DNA of 64,000 nucleotides from Promethearchaeota archaeon (lineage in GTDB: Archaea > Asgardarchaeota > Lokiarchaeia > Sigyniarchaeales > SOKP01), in the NCBI GenBank assembly GCA_019058445.1, contig JAHPZA010000010.1, positions 288,001 to 352,000 of the forward strand. Reading direction: 5' to 3'. Each line of letters opens with the position of its first letter. Within the stretch, counting starts at the first letter, position 1. The translations under genes were made by a program, and so were the position numbers. Under the pieces are notes generated by a model that saw only the letters and a list, made by a program, of their open reading frames with translations, had not been told where the DNA came from and searched no databases. Of this stretch, positions 1-9,443 are shown one piece after another.

Positions 1-96
1 TGCAATAATAATGCTTAAAACTAGACTCCAGAAAAGGACAAGAAGGACATCCATTAAATCTATTTCAGTCCCTAAATTACGGAAAGATTGTTCCAT
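1..96 (-). CDS. 5' part of a membrane protein running off the window, probably DUF4956 family
   Basis: Hand translation from ATG at 96: MEQSFRNLGTEIDLMDVLLVLFWSLVLSIIIA, open to the edge, with a hydrophobic helix. Lies directly downstream of the VTC gene, where DUF4956 genes usually sit. Not in the ORF track. Confidence 0.55.
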   Translation of the reverse strand, partial: MEQSFRNLGTEIDLMDVLLVLFWSLVLSIIIA

Positions 97-163
97 AAAG
101 ATCGTAAAAAAATCTTGAAATATCATATAAAAAACACCAATTTTGTATTATAAAAAAACTTTA

Positions 164-904
164 TTAAACAATACTCAGTATTATTCCACGCTCTAAACCA
201 CTGGCAAATTTGCTCATTTTTTGTTGGAGAATATTATTTCTTTGAAGCATTTTAACTGCCCAATGAGGGATAAAACTATTGAATTTAATTTCCATTATGG
301 ATACATTAGGAGAAACTACATACTTAGAACCATTTCCAACATGAAGATCAAAGTTAAAATATCGGACTCTAACATTTGTATCAAATGTTATCCTAAATCT
401 ATTCTCCAATCTATCCATATATGGTTGCCTATCATAGCAGACAACACAAACGGGTTGTAAACTATATCTCTTATATAGATACCAAATTTCATCTAAATTT
501 ACTTTATCTTCCTTACTAGCGTTCTCATAGAAGTTTTGTGCTTCAGGAGTTGTGTTATCAATAATTTTGAAAGCATCATTAAATGGAACAAGAACTCTAT
601 TTTTAGATACATTTTCATTATTTTTTTTTTTTAGCTCGATAAAAACCAATTCATCATCCCCGTTTTGAAAATCGGGGTAGAACCGTATCCTTAATTTTAT
701 TCTCGTCTTAATTCCATTAGTTTTTTCAAAAAAAGATTTTTTGAATGGTGAGTCAAAATATACACTTCTCACTTCATAATGATGATTGTTAGTAACATGT
801 GTATCTAATTTCATAAAAGGTTGGATTTGTCTAATTACATTATTTTGCTGTATCATTGAAAGTTGATACTTAATCTCAAATCGATTGAAATATTTTTGCT
901 GCAA
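164..904 (-). CDS. VTC/CYTH-like polyphosphate polymerase domain protein
   Basis: RFEIKY, SVYFDS, KLRIRFY, FIELKKK, RITFD, MEIKF and MSKF motifs typical of VTC domains. Confidence 0.9.
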   Translation of the reverse strand: MQQKYFNRFEIKYQLSMIQQNNVIRQIQPFMKLDTHVTNNHHYEVRSVYFDSPFKKSFFEKTNGIKTRIKLRIRFYPDFQNGDDELVFIELKKKNNENVSKNRVLVPFNDAFKIIDNTTPEAQNFYENASKEDKVNLDEIWYLYKRYSLQPVCVVCYDRQPYMDRLENRFRITFDTNVRVRYFNFDLHVGNGSKYVVSPNVSIMEIKFNSFIPHWAVKMLQRNNILQQKMSKFASGLERGIILSIV

Positions 905-1189
905 TTTTATCTTACACTCTATACTCTTTAATACAACAATTTAAGTAATTAATAGTGTAATAAAAATTTCTTTTTTTATATTTAATCCATTTAATTAAAA
1001 GTCTGAAGTGTTTAGGATATATCGCTCAAAAGTCGTTAATTTCGATTATTTTAATAAAAATCAAATGAGATAATAAGGATTTTAACCAAAACACTCTAAT
1101 TATAATTTAGGAGGCATAAAGTTAAAAGTGTGCATTATTTATGAAAATTTAAGATATATGATAATGATGAAACTTGGTTCAAAATCTTC

Positions 1190-2473
1190 ATGATTAAATC
1201 AAAGATCTTAATAACCAAATTACCAATGCACCGACGGAAAAAGGAAGTATTGGTGCTATTTACTACAGGAATTCTCGCGTTTTCAGCAATTTTTTTTTAT
1301 TCCTATATCTTGTATTCCCAATTAAGTCTTTTGGAATTTCCTAGAATAAATATTACATGTGATGATGAAAGCCTTACTAATGAAGAGTATATAAATTGTA
1401 CCTTTGAACTAGAAAATGAGGAGGATTCTGAAAGAATCCTACTCTTAAATTCTAAGATTCGAATTAGGGGATCAGGATCAGGCGGAGGAGTTCATCGATG
1501 GCCAAAAAAGGGATATCGTATTGAATTATCTCAGCAAGTGTCATTATTAGGAATGAGAAAGGAAGATGATTGGATTTTATTTGCTTTATATACAGATTAT
1601 CCGAGGATGAGAATTAAGCACTCCATGGATATTTGGCGGAGTTTAGAGTCGAGTGATCCAACTGCTATTTTACCAGAATCCGAATACGTTATTTTATATC
1701 TTAACGGTGAATTTCAGGGGCTTTATTTACTTGCAGAAAAAAATAATAGAAGACTATTCGGACTTGATGATGCAACAAATAATATTAATTCTAGTCTCAT
1801 CATTCAAGCGGGACCGAATGCTTTTTTTACGGAATATGATGAAACTGAATGGGAACAAGACTGGCCAAATGAGGATGACGATATATTTATTAAAGATAAA
1901 ATTATGACTGAATTAATAGATTTTATTAACAATTCTAAAGATGAAGAATTTTTTAATGACAAAAAGGGTATTTATAGTATTTTTGATAAGCAAAATTTAA
2001 TTGATTTTTATGTATATAATTACTTCATACTCCATGAAGATTTTTGGAGGAAAAATTATTTTATCGTCAGAAATAGCGAACCAAGCAAATTTTTTTTAGT
2101 TCCATGGGATTTTGATCACGCACTAGGACAGTATATGGATAAAACATATCCTTTTTATATGGATCCTGAATCTGAACTTAGAAAAAACAATGAATTATAT
2201 AATCGTCTTTTAGATAATAAAGAATTCAGAATGGAATGTAAGCTACGTTGGTTTCAATTAAGAGAAGAACTGTGGACTGAAGAGTTTTTCTTAGAGATGT
2301 GTGAAGATTATTATGAAACAATAAAGCCTATTTTGGAATATGATACAAGTGTATGGAATCCTTTTTTGATAAAAGAAAGTTGGAATAATGATGTGGATGA
2401 ATCTGTCTCAGAATTGATTGAGTGGATTCCTAACAGAATTGAATTTTGTGATGATTATTTTGCTCAATTTTAG
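1190..2473 (+). CDS. cotH: CotH-family kinase with N-terminal membrane anchor
   Basis: IRIRG...PKKGYRIEL, DDWIL, LYLNGEFQGLYLLAE, HEDFWRKNYF, PWDFD; N-terminal hydrophobic helix. Confidence 0.88.
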   Translation: MIKSKILITKLPMHRRKKEVLVLFTTGILAFSAIFFYSYILYSQLSLLEFPRINITCDDESLTNEEYINCTFELENEEDSERILLLNSKIRIRGSGSGGGVHRWPKKGYRIELSQQVSLLGMRKEDDWILFALYTDYPRMRIKHSMDIWRSLESSDPTAILPESEYVILYLNGEFQGLYLLAEKNNRRLFGLDDATNNINSSLIIQAGPNAFFTEYDETEWEQDWPNEDDDIFIKDKIMTELIDFINNSKDEEFFNDKKGIYSIFDKQNLIDFYVYNYFILHEDFWRKNYFIVRNSEPSKFFLVPWDFDHALGQYMDKTYPFYMDPESELRKNNELYNRLLDNKEFRMECKLRWFQLREELWTEEFFLEMCEDYYETIKPILEYDTSVWNPFLIKESWNNDVDESVSELIEWIPNRIEFCDDYFAQF

Positions 2474-2687
2474 AAAAATAACTTAAATGATTTTTTTTAA
2501 CTTCACTATTTATAATATCCAATTTCTTGCATATCAATAGCCAGAGCAAAAATAAGAATTAAGAGTTTATTTTTTTCATTTAAAGGAAATTGATTTTTTT
2601 CAAAATATATTGCTATGGGAAATATCAGAAAAGGATATATATAAGAACACACCTCTATTAATGCTAAAAACTAATAGATACATAATT

Positions 2688-2708
2688 AGTAACTAAATTA
2701 TAGTTACT
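2688..2708. promoter_or_regulatory. 8-bp perfect inverted repeat, candidate operator upstream of the maoC-PPTase unit
   Basis: AGTAACTA-aatta-TAGTTACT, between a TATA-like GATATATATAA (~2635-2644) and the MaoC start. Confidence 0.35.
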
Positions 2709-2735
2709 CAAGTTAAAAAAGTAAGTAAAATATTA

Positions 2736-3149
2736 ATGAATTGGAGAATTAAAACAATGGAGAAAAGCTTTTCAATTTCTAAAAAAATAACAAAAGAAGA
2801 TATCCAGAAGTTTATTGAAATTAGTGGTGATGACAATCCTGTTCATACAGATGAAAATTTTGCTAAGAGAACAATTTTTAGAAAACCTATAGCACACGGC
2901 TTAATTTCTGCTTCTTTAATATCCTGTGGTTTAACTAAACTTATGGGAGAAGGAAATATTTGGCTCACTCAAGATTTAAAATTTGAAAAACCAGTATATA
3001 TAGGTGATGAGATAACAGCAAATCTGAAAATTGTAAACATTGATTCGAATAAAGTATATAAAATTGAAACTACTTTGACAAACCAAAACGGAAAAGTTGT
3101 TATTAGCGGTTTTGCTGAATGCAAACTTTTCCCCGTTAAAAAGACTTAA
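2736..3149 (+). CDS. MaoC/PhaJ-family (R)-specific enoyl hydratase/dehydratase (true start may be the second Met)
   Basis: Hydratase motif SGDDNPVH...IAHG and hot-dog fold motif FEKPVYIGD. Confidence 0.9.
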   Translation: MNWRIKTMEKSFSISKKITKEDIQKFIEISGDDNPVHTDENFAKRTIFRKPIAHGLISASLISCGLTKLMGEGNIWLTQDLKFEKPVYIGDEITANLKIVNIDSNKVYKIETTLTNQNGKVVISGFAECKLFPVKKT

Positions 3150-3179
3150 TTTGTTAGTTTAATTATAAAAATTGAAGAA

Positions 3180-3989
3180 TTGATGCAAAATATTAAATTA
3201 CCTTATTATCTTTCTTTCGATAAATTGCTATACTCAACAAACCTATATGGTTATGAATATAATTTTTATACTGCTATGATAAGCAATAACTTCATTTTAA
3301 TTGGTCATAGCTCAAAAAACCCTAAAAAAGGAAATAGGCAGAAAGCAATCAATAAAATATTAAAAAGTAGGTTAATTTGGAATAAATCTGAATTAAAAGC
3401 TCTCAATTTAATCTTAGGGGAGAAGCAATTATATAAAATTACCGAATGGATTTTAACTAGAATATTATTAAAGTTAGGATTAATTTTATTCTGGAAGGAA
3501 TGCGATACTAATATAAAATGTTCCATAAAAGAGATCTCACTAGAGAAAAATCACTTGAATAAGCCAAATATTAAAATTATTTCAAATAACAATACTTTAT
3601 CAAACCATAAATCTTTCGTATCAATTTCACACTCTAAAAAAGAAGTTTTTGTAGCTCTATGCAATAATCCCATTGGAATTGATACTGAACTAATAGATAA
3701 TCATTCGGAATCCTGGGAAAACAAAATCGTTTCAGAACTAGAAATTATAAATCTAAGTTATTTGCTAAAAAAATGCTGTGATTTATCGAAAGAAACAATA
3801 CTTACGATCATATGGGCTCTAAAAGAATCAACATTAAAGATCCAAGATGAGATTTCAATAGGTTCTTTACCAGAAATAGTTATTAGTATAGATAATAATA
3901 GAATAATAACTAGAGCTCCCACAAACAATAGAATCTATTATAACTATATTTCATTTAATAATGATTCTGTCTTAGTACTAACGATTTAA
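3180..3989 (+). CDS. 4'-phosphopantetheinyl transferase (Sfp-like)
   Basis: SISHS, IGIDTE and WALKES PPTase motifs. Confidence 0.85.
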   Translation: MMQNIKLPYYLSFDKLLYSTNLYGYEYNFYTAMISNNFILIGHSSKNPKKGNRQKAINKILKSRLIWNKSELKALNLILGEKQLYKITEWILTRILLKLGLILFWKECDTNIKCSIKEISLEKNHLNKPNIKIISNNNTLSNHKSFVSISHSKKEVFVALCNNPIGIDTELIDNHSESWENKIVSELEIINLSYLLKKCCDLSKETILTIIWALKESTLKIQDEISIGSLPEIVISIDNNRIITRAPTNNRIYYNYISFNNDSVLVLTI

Positions 3990-4004
3990 AGATTCTAATT
4001 AAAT

Positions 4005-5291
4005 TTACCTTCCAATATAGACTGTAACCCAGTTAACTAATCTTGACAAGAATAGCATTCCATCCCATGGGGAATCAAATAAATGCATTTGTCCCAGATT
4101 TACACACCGAGATACTCCCCGCATTGTAACTTGATTCGCGAAATCAAGTAATTTAGATTTGTTTTCTATAGCGCAACCTATAGTTTGGACTTTTTTAGTA
4201 ATTAAAGGGATAAGTTGCTGTATGGAATCTATCTGCTTAATAAATATTGTTCTAGATTCAACAGGTTCCTCTAATGTCAAATCATTATTTATTAAAATTG
4301 TCCAATCATTTTCCCAAGGACAAATTACCGATTTTGAGGGACTCAGAGCGTAATCTGCTCTTACATTTATGATTTTTGTGGTTATATATTGATCAATCTC
4401 GGTTTTAGGATATCTTCTTGCTGCTTTTTTGAATTCTTCAGCTATGATTTGCGCTATTTCGTTTAAAGATTTGTTACTTCTTTCAAAAAATACAGTATGT
4501 GGTGATGTGCATGCTGCTTGATCGAATAAAAGTATATTGTTAATTAGAAAACGGATCTGTCTTGCAAAACTATCTAATTGAATTGCCTCAGTATCAAACA
4601 CAGAAAAGGAATATTTAGGTCCAAAAATAATATCTTCGCAATGTGTTCTTTTAGGTAACCCGGTTATTGCATTAACTGCCTCTTCACCTCCCCACACAAT
4701 TCTTGCATCGGCAATCTCAGAGAGCTCCAGATTAGCTTTATTATTGGTTCTCTCATAGTAGATAATACCCACCGATTTCAGAAGTTCTAACCCGGTAAGT
4801 CCTGTTTCAGTTTTGGTATTTGAAAAAACCTTTAACAACTTTATTATTGCTTCATGGCTATTCGGGGGAATTCTTAAGATATTTGCATTTCCAACAAATA
4901 AAGACTGTAATAATGAAAATAATCCTAAAGTGGGTACATTGCCAGCAATCCAATGACATGCTATACCACGTGGTTGGGCTTTAATACGCTTTTTATCTCC
5001 AACAAAGTTTTCCAAATATTCAAGATTGAAAAAATTTTTCTCAACTATTTGCATAAAATTACTTCGTCTTAACCAGGCTGACAGAAAAATTGCTCCTTCT
5101 AATCGATTAACTTCTCTATTTTTTCTAAGATTCTCGCTATACCCTTGAAAAAGGTCAATGATATCACTTTTCTCAACCTTATTTAAATTTAAAAAGCCTT
5201 CTTGTATTGTGTTTAATAGCGGTCTAATAGAAGCCACTTTTTTACATTGAGGATAATAAAATTCTCCTCCAAACATGGCTAAATCGATCAT
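4005..5291 (-). CDS. luxC: LuxC-family acyl-CoA/acyl-protein reductase
   Basis: PRGIACHWIAGNVP, WGGEEAV, FGPKYS, catalytic DQAACTSP, SPWDG. Confidence 0.9.
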   Translation of the reverse strand: MIDLAMFGGEFYYPQCKKVASIRPLLNTIQEGFLNLNKVEKSDIIDLFQGYSENLRKNREVNRLEGAIFLSAWLRRSNFMQIVEKNFFNLEYLENFVGDKKRIKAQPRGIACHWIAGNVPTLGLFSLLQSLFVGNANILRIPPNSHEAIIKLLKVFSNTKTETGLTGLELLKSVGIIYYERTNNKANLELSEIADARIVWGGEEAVNAITGLPKRTHCEDIIFGPKYSFSVFDTEAIQLDSFARQIRFLINNILLFDQAACTSPHTVFFERSNKSLNEIAQIIAEEFKKAARRYPKTEIDQYITTKIINVRADYALSPSKSVICPWENDWTILINNDLTLEEPVESRTIFIKQIDSIQQLIPLITKKVQTIGCAIENKSKLLDFANQVTMRGVSRCVNLGQMHLFDSPWDGMLFLSRLVNWVTVYIGR

Positions 5292-7496
5292 TTAATTGCC
5301 CCCTCCCAACTCTGCGAATGTGTCTCCACAGCCCCGAGTTTCAGTTTTCTCAACTCTAGAACGAAACTTAAAATATTTCCCTTTTCTGCCACAAGCACAA
5401 TCATCTATACCGCATAACTCACCTATATCTTCTGTTATAATTGCTAATCCGGGATAACTGGAAGGAATCAAACTTAAAATTTCGATTAATCCTGGTTTAC
5501 CAATAGGATTTTCTTTCATAGTGTAAAAATCGCGAATTATTACATCAGCAAAATCGGGTACATGTTTATAACCTTGCTCACAGTCAAGAAAGACTACCCC
5601 TAATTGTTCAACCATTCCATAAAAATCTATCACATTCTCAGGTACAGTGCCAAAAATTTCAGCAAGAGTTTGTGAAAAGATTTTCTTATCGACAGACTGC
5701 GCAGTTAATTTTTTCCATCCGCCGCTATGAATTAATTTCATATTAGGAAAGTTAAGTTTTATGTCAAACTTTAATACTTGGTCAACAAATCGAGTCCAAA
5801 TGATATATGTAAACCCTGATACTAAAATATCGTGTCCAGCATATTTTTCACAAAATTCGTTCAATCTATCGAAATTGAGAACCAATTCACCATTTTCCTC
5901 ATCCATCACATAGACGATACCTTTTGCAAAATTGGATATTCCTCTTACAGCAGCTCCCCGCGCAGATAATGTATCCATATTTGGTATATTTATATTTTCG
6001 GTATCAATTACAAGCAGAGGGCGTCTTTTCCCTCCAAGATAGTTTTTTAAGGTTGAGATCAATGCTTTAGATTGACGAAATGAAGTTTCTTTATTAATGT
6101 AAATTTTGCTTGGAATTCCAGTAGTTGTAGCACTTGATTTTAGAATTCGAAATATTTCTTCGTCAGGACATGTCTTTAAATCAAATTTTTTAAACATGGA
6201 TACAGGAATAGGAGGAATTTGACTTAATGAAAAATAATAGTCCGGATTTCGTCCTATCGATAAATAGAATTCTCTCAATATGGGAGAAAATTCTATATGT
6301 TCCCTAATCCTCTCTGCAATTAAGGGAAGAAGCAATTTATGTTTAGTCTTCTGATTCATTGTAAATTGCTCGTTTGCAAAAAATTCATCAATATTTGATT
6401 TAAGGACATGTCCTGATTTTTGTTCAAGGATCCAATTGATTAAATCGATTAAATTTTCTCTTTTCATTCGGACAGGACTCGTTTTAATAGATGGATCGAT
6501 TAAAGCTATATCTGCCCATTGCTCTGGATTAATATCTTTAAGAACATCTGTGTTCCGAAATTTGTCAAATCCAATGTCCTCATAGAGTTCTAAAAATTCA
6601 TCATATACAACTTGATTGCGCATATTTTTGAGCCATTGAAGAGTTGGCTTTAACACAGTTAAAATCGAACTTGAGTGGGATGTTTTAAATTGTTGTTCTA
6701 GAGCATGTGCTAAGGCATGAACGGCTCCTACGTATGCATTACCTTGCACAACACCGCCAAGATACCCGGCATACATGATTTCTGATAAACCATTTGTATC
6801 GTCTAAATTTTCTTTTATTTTAGAAAATCCTAGTTTCAATAATTCTAAACAACTCCTACTAATAGCTTTTATTAAAGGTGAGCTCGCCATTGAAACTTGT
6901 CCTTCAGAGGCATGAGAGAAGATATCTGCTCCAAAAATAAAAAGATCTTTAATTTCAATTGTCTCGAGAAAAGTATGGTCTAAAATTGCCAAATCGGGTA
7001 AGAAACCCTTATTAATGAATGGTAACTTTTTTCCTTCATTATTATTTAAGACAGCAATAGCAGTAGCTTCAGAACCCGTGCCTGGTGTAGTTGGAATTGC
7101 CACTAATTTTATTGCATTATATTCACAGAATTGTTGATTTTCTAGATCTAAAAATGTCAAATTTGGATTATCTAACAAAACTTTCAACACTTTGGCTGAA
7201 TCAATTACTTTTCCACCTCCAATTGCGACAATAACTTCTGGTTTATTAGTAGAATATCTCTTTTTTAAATTTAGAATAGTTTTTTGATTTGGTGCCTGAA
7301 TGATTTCTTCGTCGATTGACTTTTCTGAAAAATATGTCTTAATTTTTTCATAATATTCAGAATTTTTTATCGTATTCGAAATTAGAATTAAAAATTTTGT
7401 ATATTCTATATGTTTTAAAACAGATACTGCACCTTTTCGATAATATACCTCAGGACTGTTATATATTTTTTTTACCATTAAGTTTTTATTTATCAT
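5292..7496 (-). CDS. luxE: Fusion of an iron-containing alcohol dehydrogenase (N-terminal ~360 aa) and a LuxE acyl-protein synthetase (C-terminal)
   Basis: N-terminal: IGGGKVIDSAK, AIPTTPGTGSE, DIFSHASE, VHALAHAL...H. C-terminal: SSATTTG, HSGGWKK, DFYGMVE, SYPG, CACGRKG, RGCGD. Confidence 0.88.
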   Translation of the reverse strand: MINKNLMVKKIYNSPEVYYRKGAVSVLKHIEYTKFLILISNTIKNSEYYEKIKTYFSEKSIDEEIIQAPNQKTILNLKKRYSTNKPEVIVAIGGGKVIDSAKVLKVLLDNPNLTFLDLENQQFCEYNAIKLVAIPTTPGTGSEATAIAVLNNNEGKKLPFINKGFLPDLAILDHTFLETIEIKDLFIFGADIFSHASEGQVSMASSPLIKAISRSCLELLKLGFSKIKENLDDTNGLSEIMYAGYLGGVVQGNAYVGAVHALAHALEQQFKTSHSSSILTVLKPTLQWLKNMRNQVVYDEFLELYEDIGFDKFRNTDVLKDINPEQWADIALIDPSIKTSPVRMKRENLIDLINWILEQKSGHVLKSNIDEFFANEQFTMNQKTKHKLLLPLIAERIREHIEFSPILREFYLSIGRNPDYYFSLSQIPPIPVSMFKKFDLKTCPDEEIFRILKSSATTTGIPSKIYINKETSFRQSKALISTLKNYLGGKRRPLLVIDTENINIPNMDTLSARGAAVRGISNFAKGIVYVMDEENGELVLNFDRLNEFCEKYAGHDILVSGFTYIIWTRFVDQVLKFDIKLNFPNMKLIHSGGWKKLTAQSVDKKIFSQTLAEIFGTVPENVIDFYGMVEQLGVVFLDCEQGYKHVPDFADVIIRDFYTMKENPIGKPGLIEILSLIPSSYPGLAIITEDIGELCGIDDCACGRKGKYFKFRSRVEKTETRGCGDTFAELGGGN

Positions 7497-7497
7497 A

Positions 7498-9009
7498 TTA
7501 TATTTTCGAATTTTTTTGCTCCATTTTCTTTAAAAATACTTTATCAATCTTCCTTGATATATTTTTAGGAAGTGATTTCATGAATTCTACTTGTTTGGGT
7601 ACTTTATGAATTGGAAAATATTGTTGACAGTGGGAGATAATATCCTTTTCTATAATTTTTGAGTTATCTGATAACGAAACAAACACCTTTAGAGCTTCAC
7701 CTAAAAGATCATCTTTGATTCCAATGATTGCTACTTCTACAACATCTTTAAGCTTCGAAATATGATTTTCTATTTCTTTTGGACCGACACGATGGCCTCC
7801 AACTTTAATGAAATCTGAAGCTCTATCTGTTAAATAGACATATCCCTCATCATCAACAATTCCAAGATCTCCAGTATAAAGTTTGCCTCCTTTCAAAATT
7901 TTTTTAGTTTCTTCAGGATCTTTCCAATAGCCCATCATAATATTACCTCCTGAAGCAACTATCTCACCAACCTCCCCAGGCTTAACGGGGAGACCCTGTT
8001 TGTTTAAAACTTCAATGTTTGTTCCAGGAATACCTTTTCCAATTGAACCTAACTTTGAATCTAACAGTTCTGGGGGTAAATATGATAACCTCGCCGTTGC
8101 TTCAGTTTGTCCATACATAACAAAGATTTTCGTTGTAGGTAAATAATTTTTTAATTCTTCGATATAGGTATTTGTCAATTTACCCCCTGCTTGTTGGATT
8201 AATCTGAGTGTTGGAAATTCCATTTTTTTCAAAGGGGATCTCCTTAATAGTATAGAAAAAACACTAGGAACACCAGCAAAATTCGTACATTCCTTTTCAT
8301 TAATCTCATTCAGAACTTTTCCTGGAAACATGAACATATTATTTAATACAATCTGACCTCCTACTCTTAGATGCGTATGTAATAGCGATGCCCCAAAGCA
8401 ATATGAAAATGGAAGTATTACCATTATTCGATCGAAGTCCTGTAATTGGAGATATTCTATGATTGAATTAGTATTATAACGGAGATTATAATGGCTCAAC
8501 ATAACTCCTTTAGGAGTGCCCGTTGAGCCAGATGTAAAGAATATAATTGCTAGATCATTTTTCTCTCCAATTTCTTTAATGAATCCCTCATTATTTTCCA
8601 AGGTGAAAATATTTACATTAGTATTTTTATCAGTATCAGAAAAAACTACTTTTGTATGAATCCCATAGCTAGTAAATCTTTTCCAGTATTTAGTTTGAAT
8701 GAAAAAAGTATTTATATCACAGCTTTGACATACAAATCGAAAATTTTCCCTACCAAAATCTGGATGGATGGGAACAACAACTCTACCGCTTCCAATAATT
8801 GCTAAATAGGAGGCAATAAAAAAGAAAGAATTATCTCCCATTAAAATTATATTTTCATCAGCTTTAGTTTTTAAAGAGTCTAATTTACCAATAATTTTCA
8901 CTACAAGTGAATAGAGTTCTGAATATGAAAGTACTTTATCTTTATGAAAAATTGCTATCTTATCATTCAAATCTCGCGATTTTTCAAAGAGATATTGTGT
9001 AAAATTCAT
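7498..9009 (-). CDS. AMP-forming acyl-CoA/acyl-ACP ligase (ANL superfamily)
   Basis: FTSGSTGTPKGV, MYGQTEAT, YTGDLG, LPKNISRKIDK. Confidence 0.93.
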   Translation of the reverse strand: MNFTQYLFEKSRDLNDKIAIFHKDKVLSYSELYSLVVKIIGKLDSLKTKADENIILMGDNSFFFIASYLAIIGSGRVVVPIHPDFGRENFRFVCQSCDINTFFIQTKYWKRFTSYGIHTKVVFSDTDKNTNVNIFTLENNEGFIKEIGEKNDLAIIFFTSGSTGTPKGVMLSHYNLRYNTNSIIEYLQLQDFDRIMVILPFSYCFGASLLHTHLRVGGQIVLNNMFMFPGKVLNEINEKECTNFAGVPSVFSILLRRSPLKKMEFPTLRLIQQAGGKLTNTYIEELKNYLPTTKIFVMYGQTEATARLSYLPPELLDSKLGSIGKGIPGTNIEVLNKQGLPVKPGEVGEIVASGGNIMMGYWKDPEETKKILKGGKLYTGDLGIVDDEGYVYLTDRASDFIKVGGHRVGPKEIENHISKLKDVVEVAIIGIKDDLLGEALKVFVSLSDNSKIIEKDIISHCQQYFPIHKVPKQVEFMKSLPKNISRKIDKVFLKKMEQKNSKI

Positions 9010-9251
9010 AACTCAACTCCATATTGTCTTAAAATTTCTTTCATAGCTCCCAGAGAGTCCATTTCAGTAATATCTTCCACATCTATCTCTATATTAAAAG
9101 TTTCTTCAAATCTACAGATTAATTCCATGTGAGATATGGAACTCCAAGTTTCAATATCATCTGGAGTTAGCTCATCTCCATCAATCACCGTATCTCGGTC
9201 GACTTCGAAAACTTCAGTAAGAATATCAATGAATTCTTCAAGTAGACTCAT
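9006..9251 (-). CDS. Acyl carrier protein
   Basis: 81 aa and highly acidic; DDIETWSSISHMELICRFEETFNIEI matches the WDSLxH...EExFxI ACP pattern; ATGA overlap with the ligase. Confidence 0.85.
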   Translation of the reverse strand: MSLLEEFIDILTEVFEVDRDTVIDGDELTPDDIETWSSISHMELICRFEETFNIEIDVEDITEMDSLGAMKEILRQYGVEL

Positions 9252-9443
9252 ATTAAATATATTAAATCAAAAGTTTTAAAAATTATTAATTCAATATTAG
9301 CTTTCTAATGAGGCTTTGAATTTGGTATCTTCTACTTATTGAATGGAAACCATACTGGCGTGAAAAAAAAAAAGTTTTTTTTATTTAATAGTATAATGTA
9401 AATTAATATAATTCATATTAATTCTAAAAAGGATGTACATTCT

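Noticed and set aside
621-632. T12 tract in the VTC gene
   Set aside because: It encodes the conserved basic ELKKK motif and is explained by codon bias.
1-2473. Sporulation genes (CotH here, CgeB-like GTs later)
   Set aside because: Both families are widespread outside spore formers, and no sporulation context is present.
4005-7496. Bioluminescence (lux) operon
   Set aside because: No luxA/luxB luciferase, luxD or luxG. LuxC/LuxE sit with ACP, ligase and ADH in a glycan island.
2736-9251. NRPS/PKS or fatty acid synthase cluster
   Set aside because: No ketosynthase, condensation, ketoreductase or thioesterase genes, so there is no chain elongation machinery in the window.
9363-9382. A11-G-T8 tract in the ACP/PIG-L divergent region as a hairpin, terminator or phase switch
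   Set aside because: It is a low-complexity AT-only stem, expected in this composition, and lies between divergent starts where a terminator is not needed.
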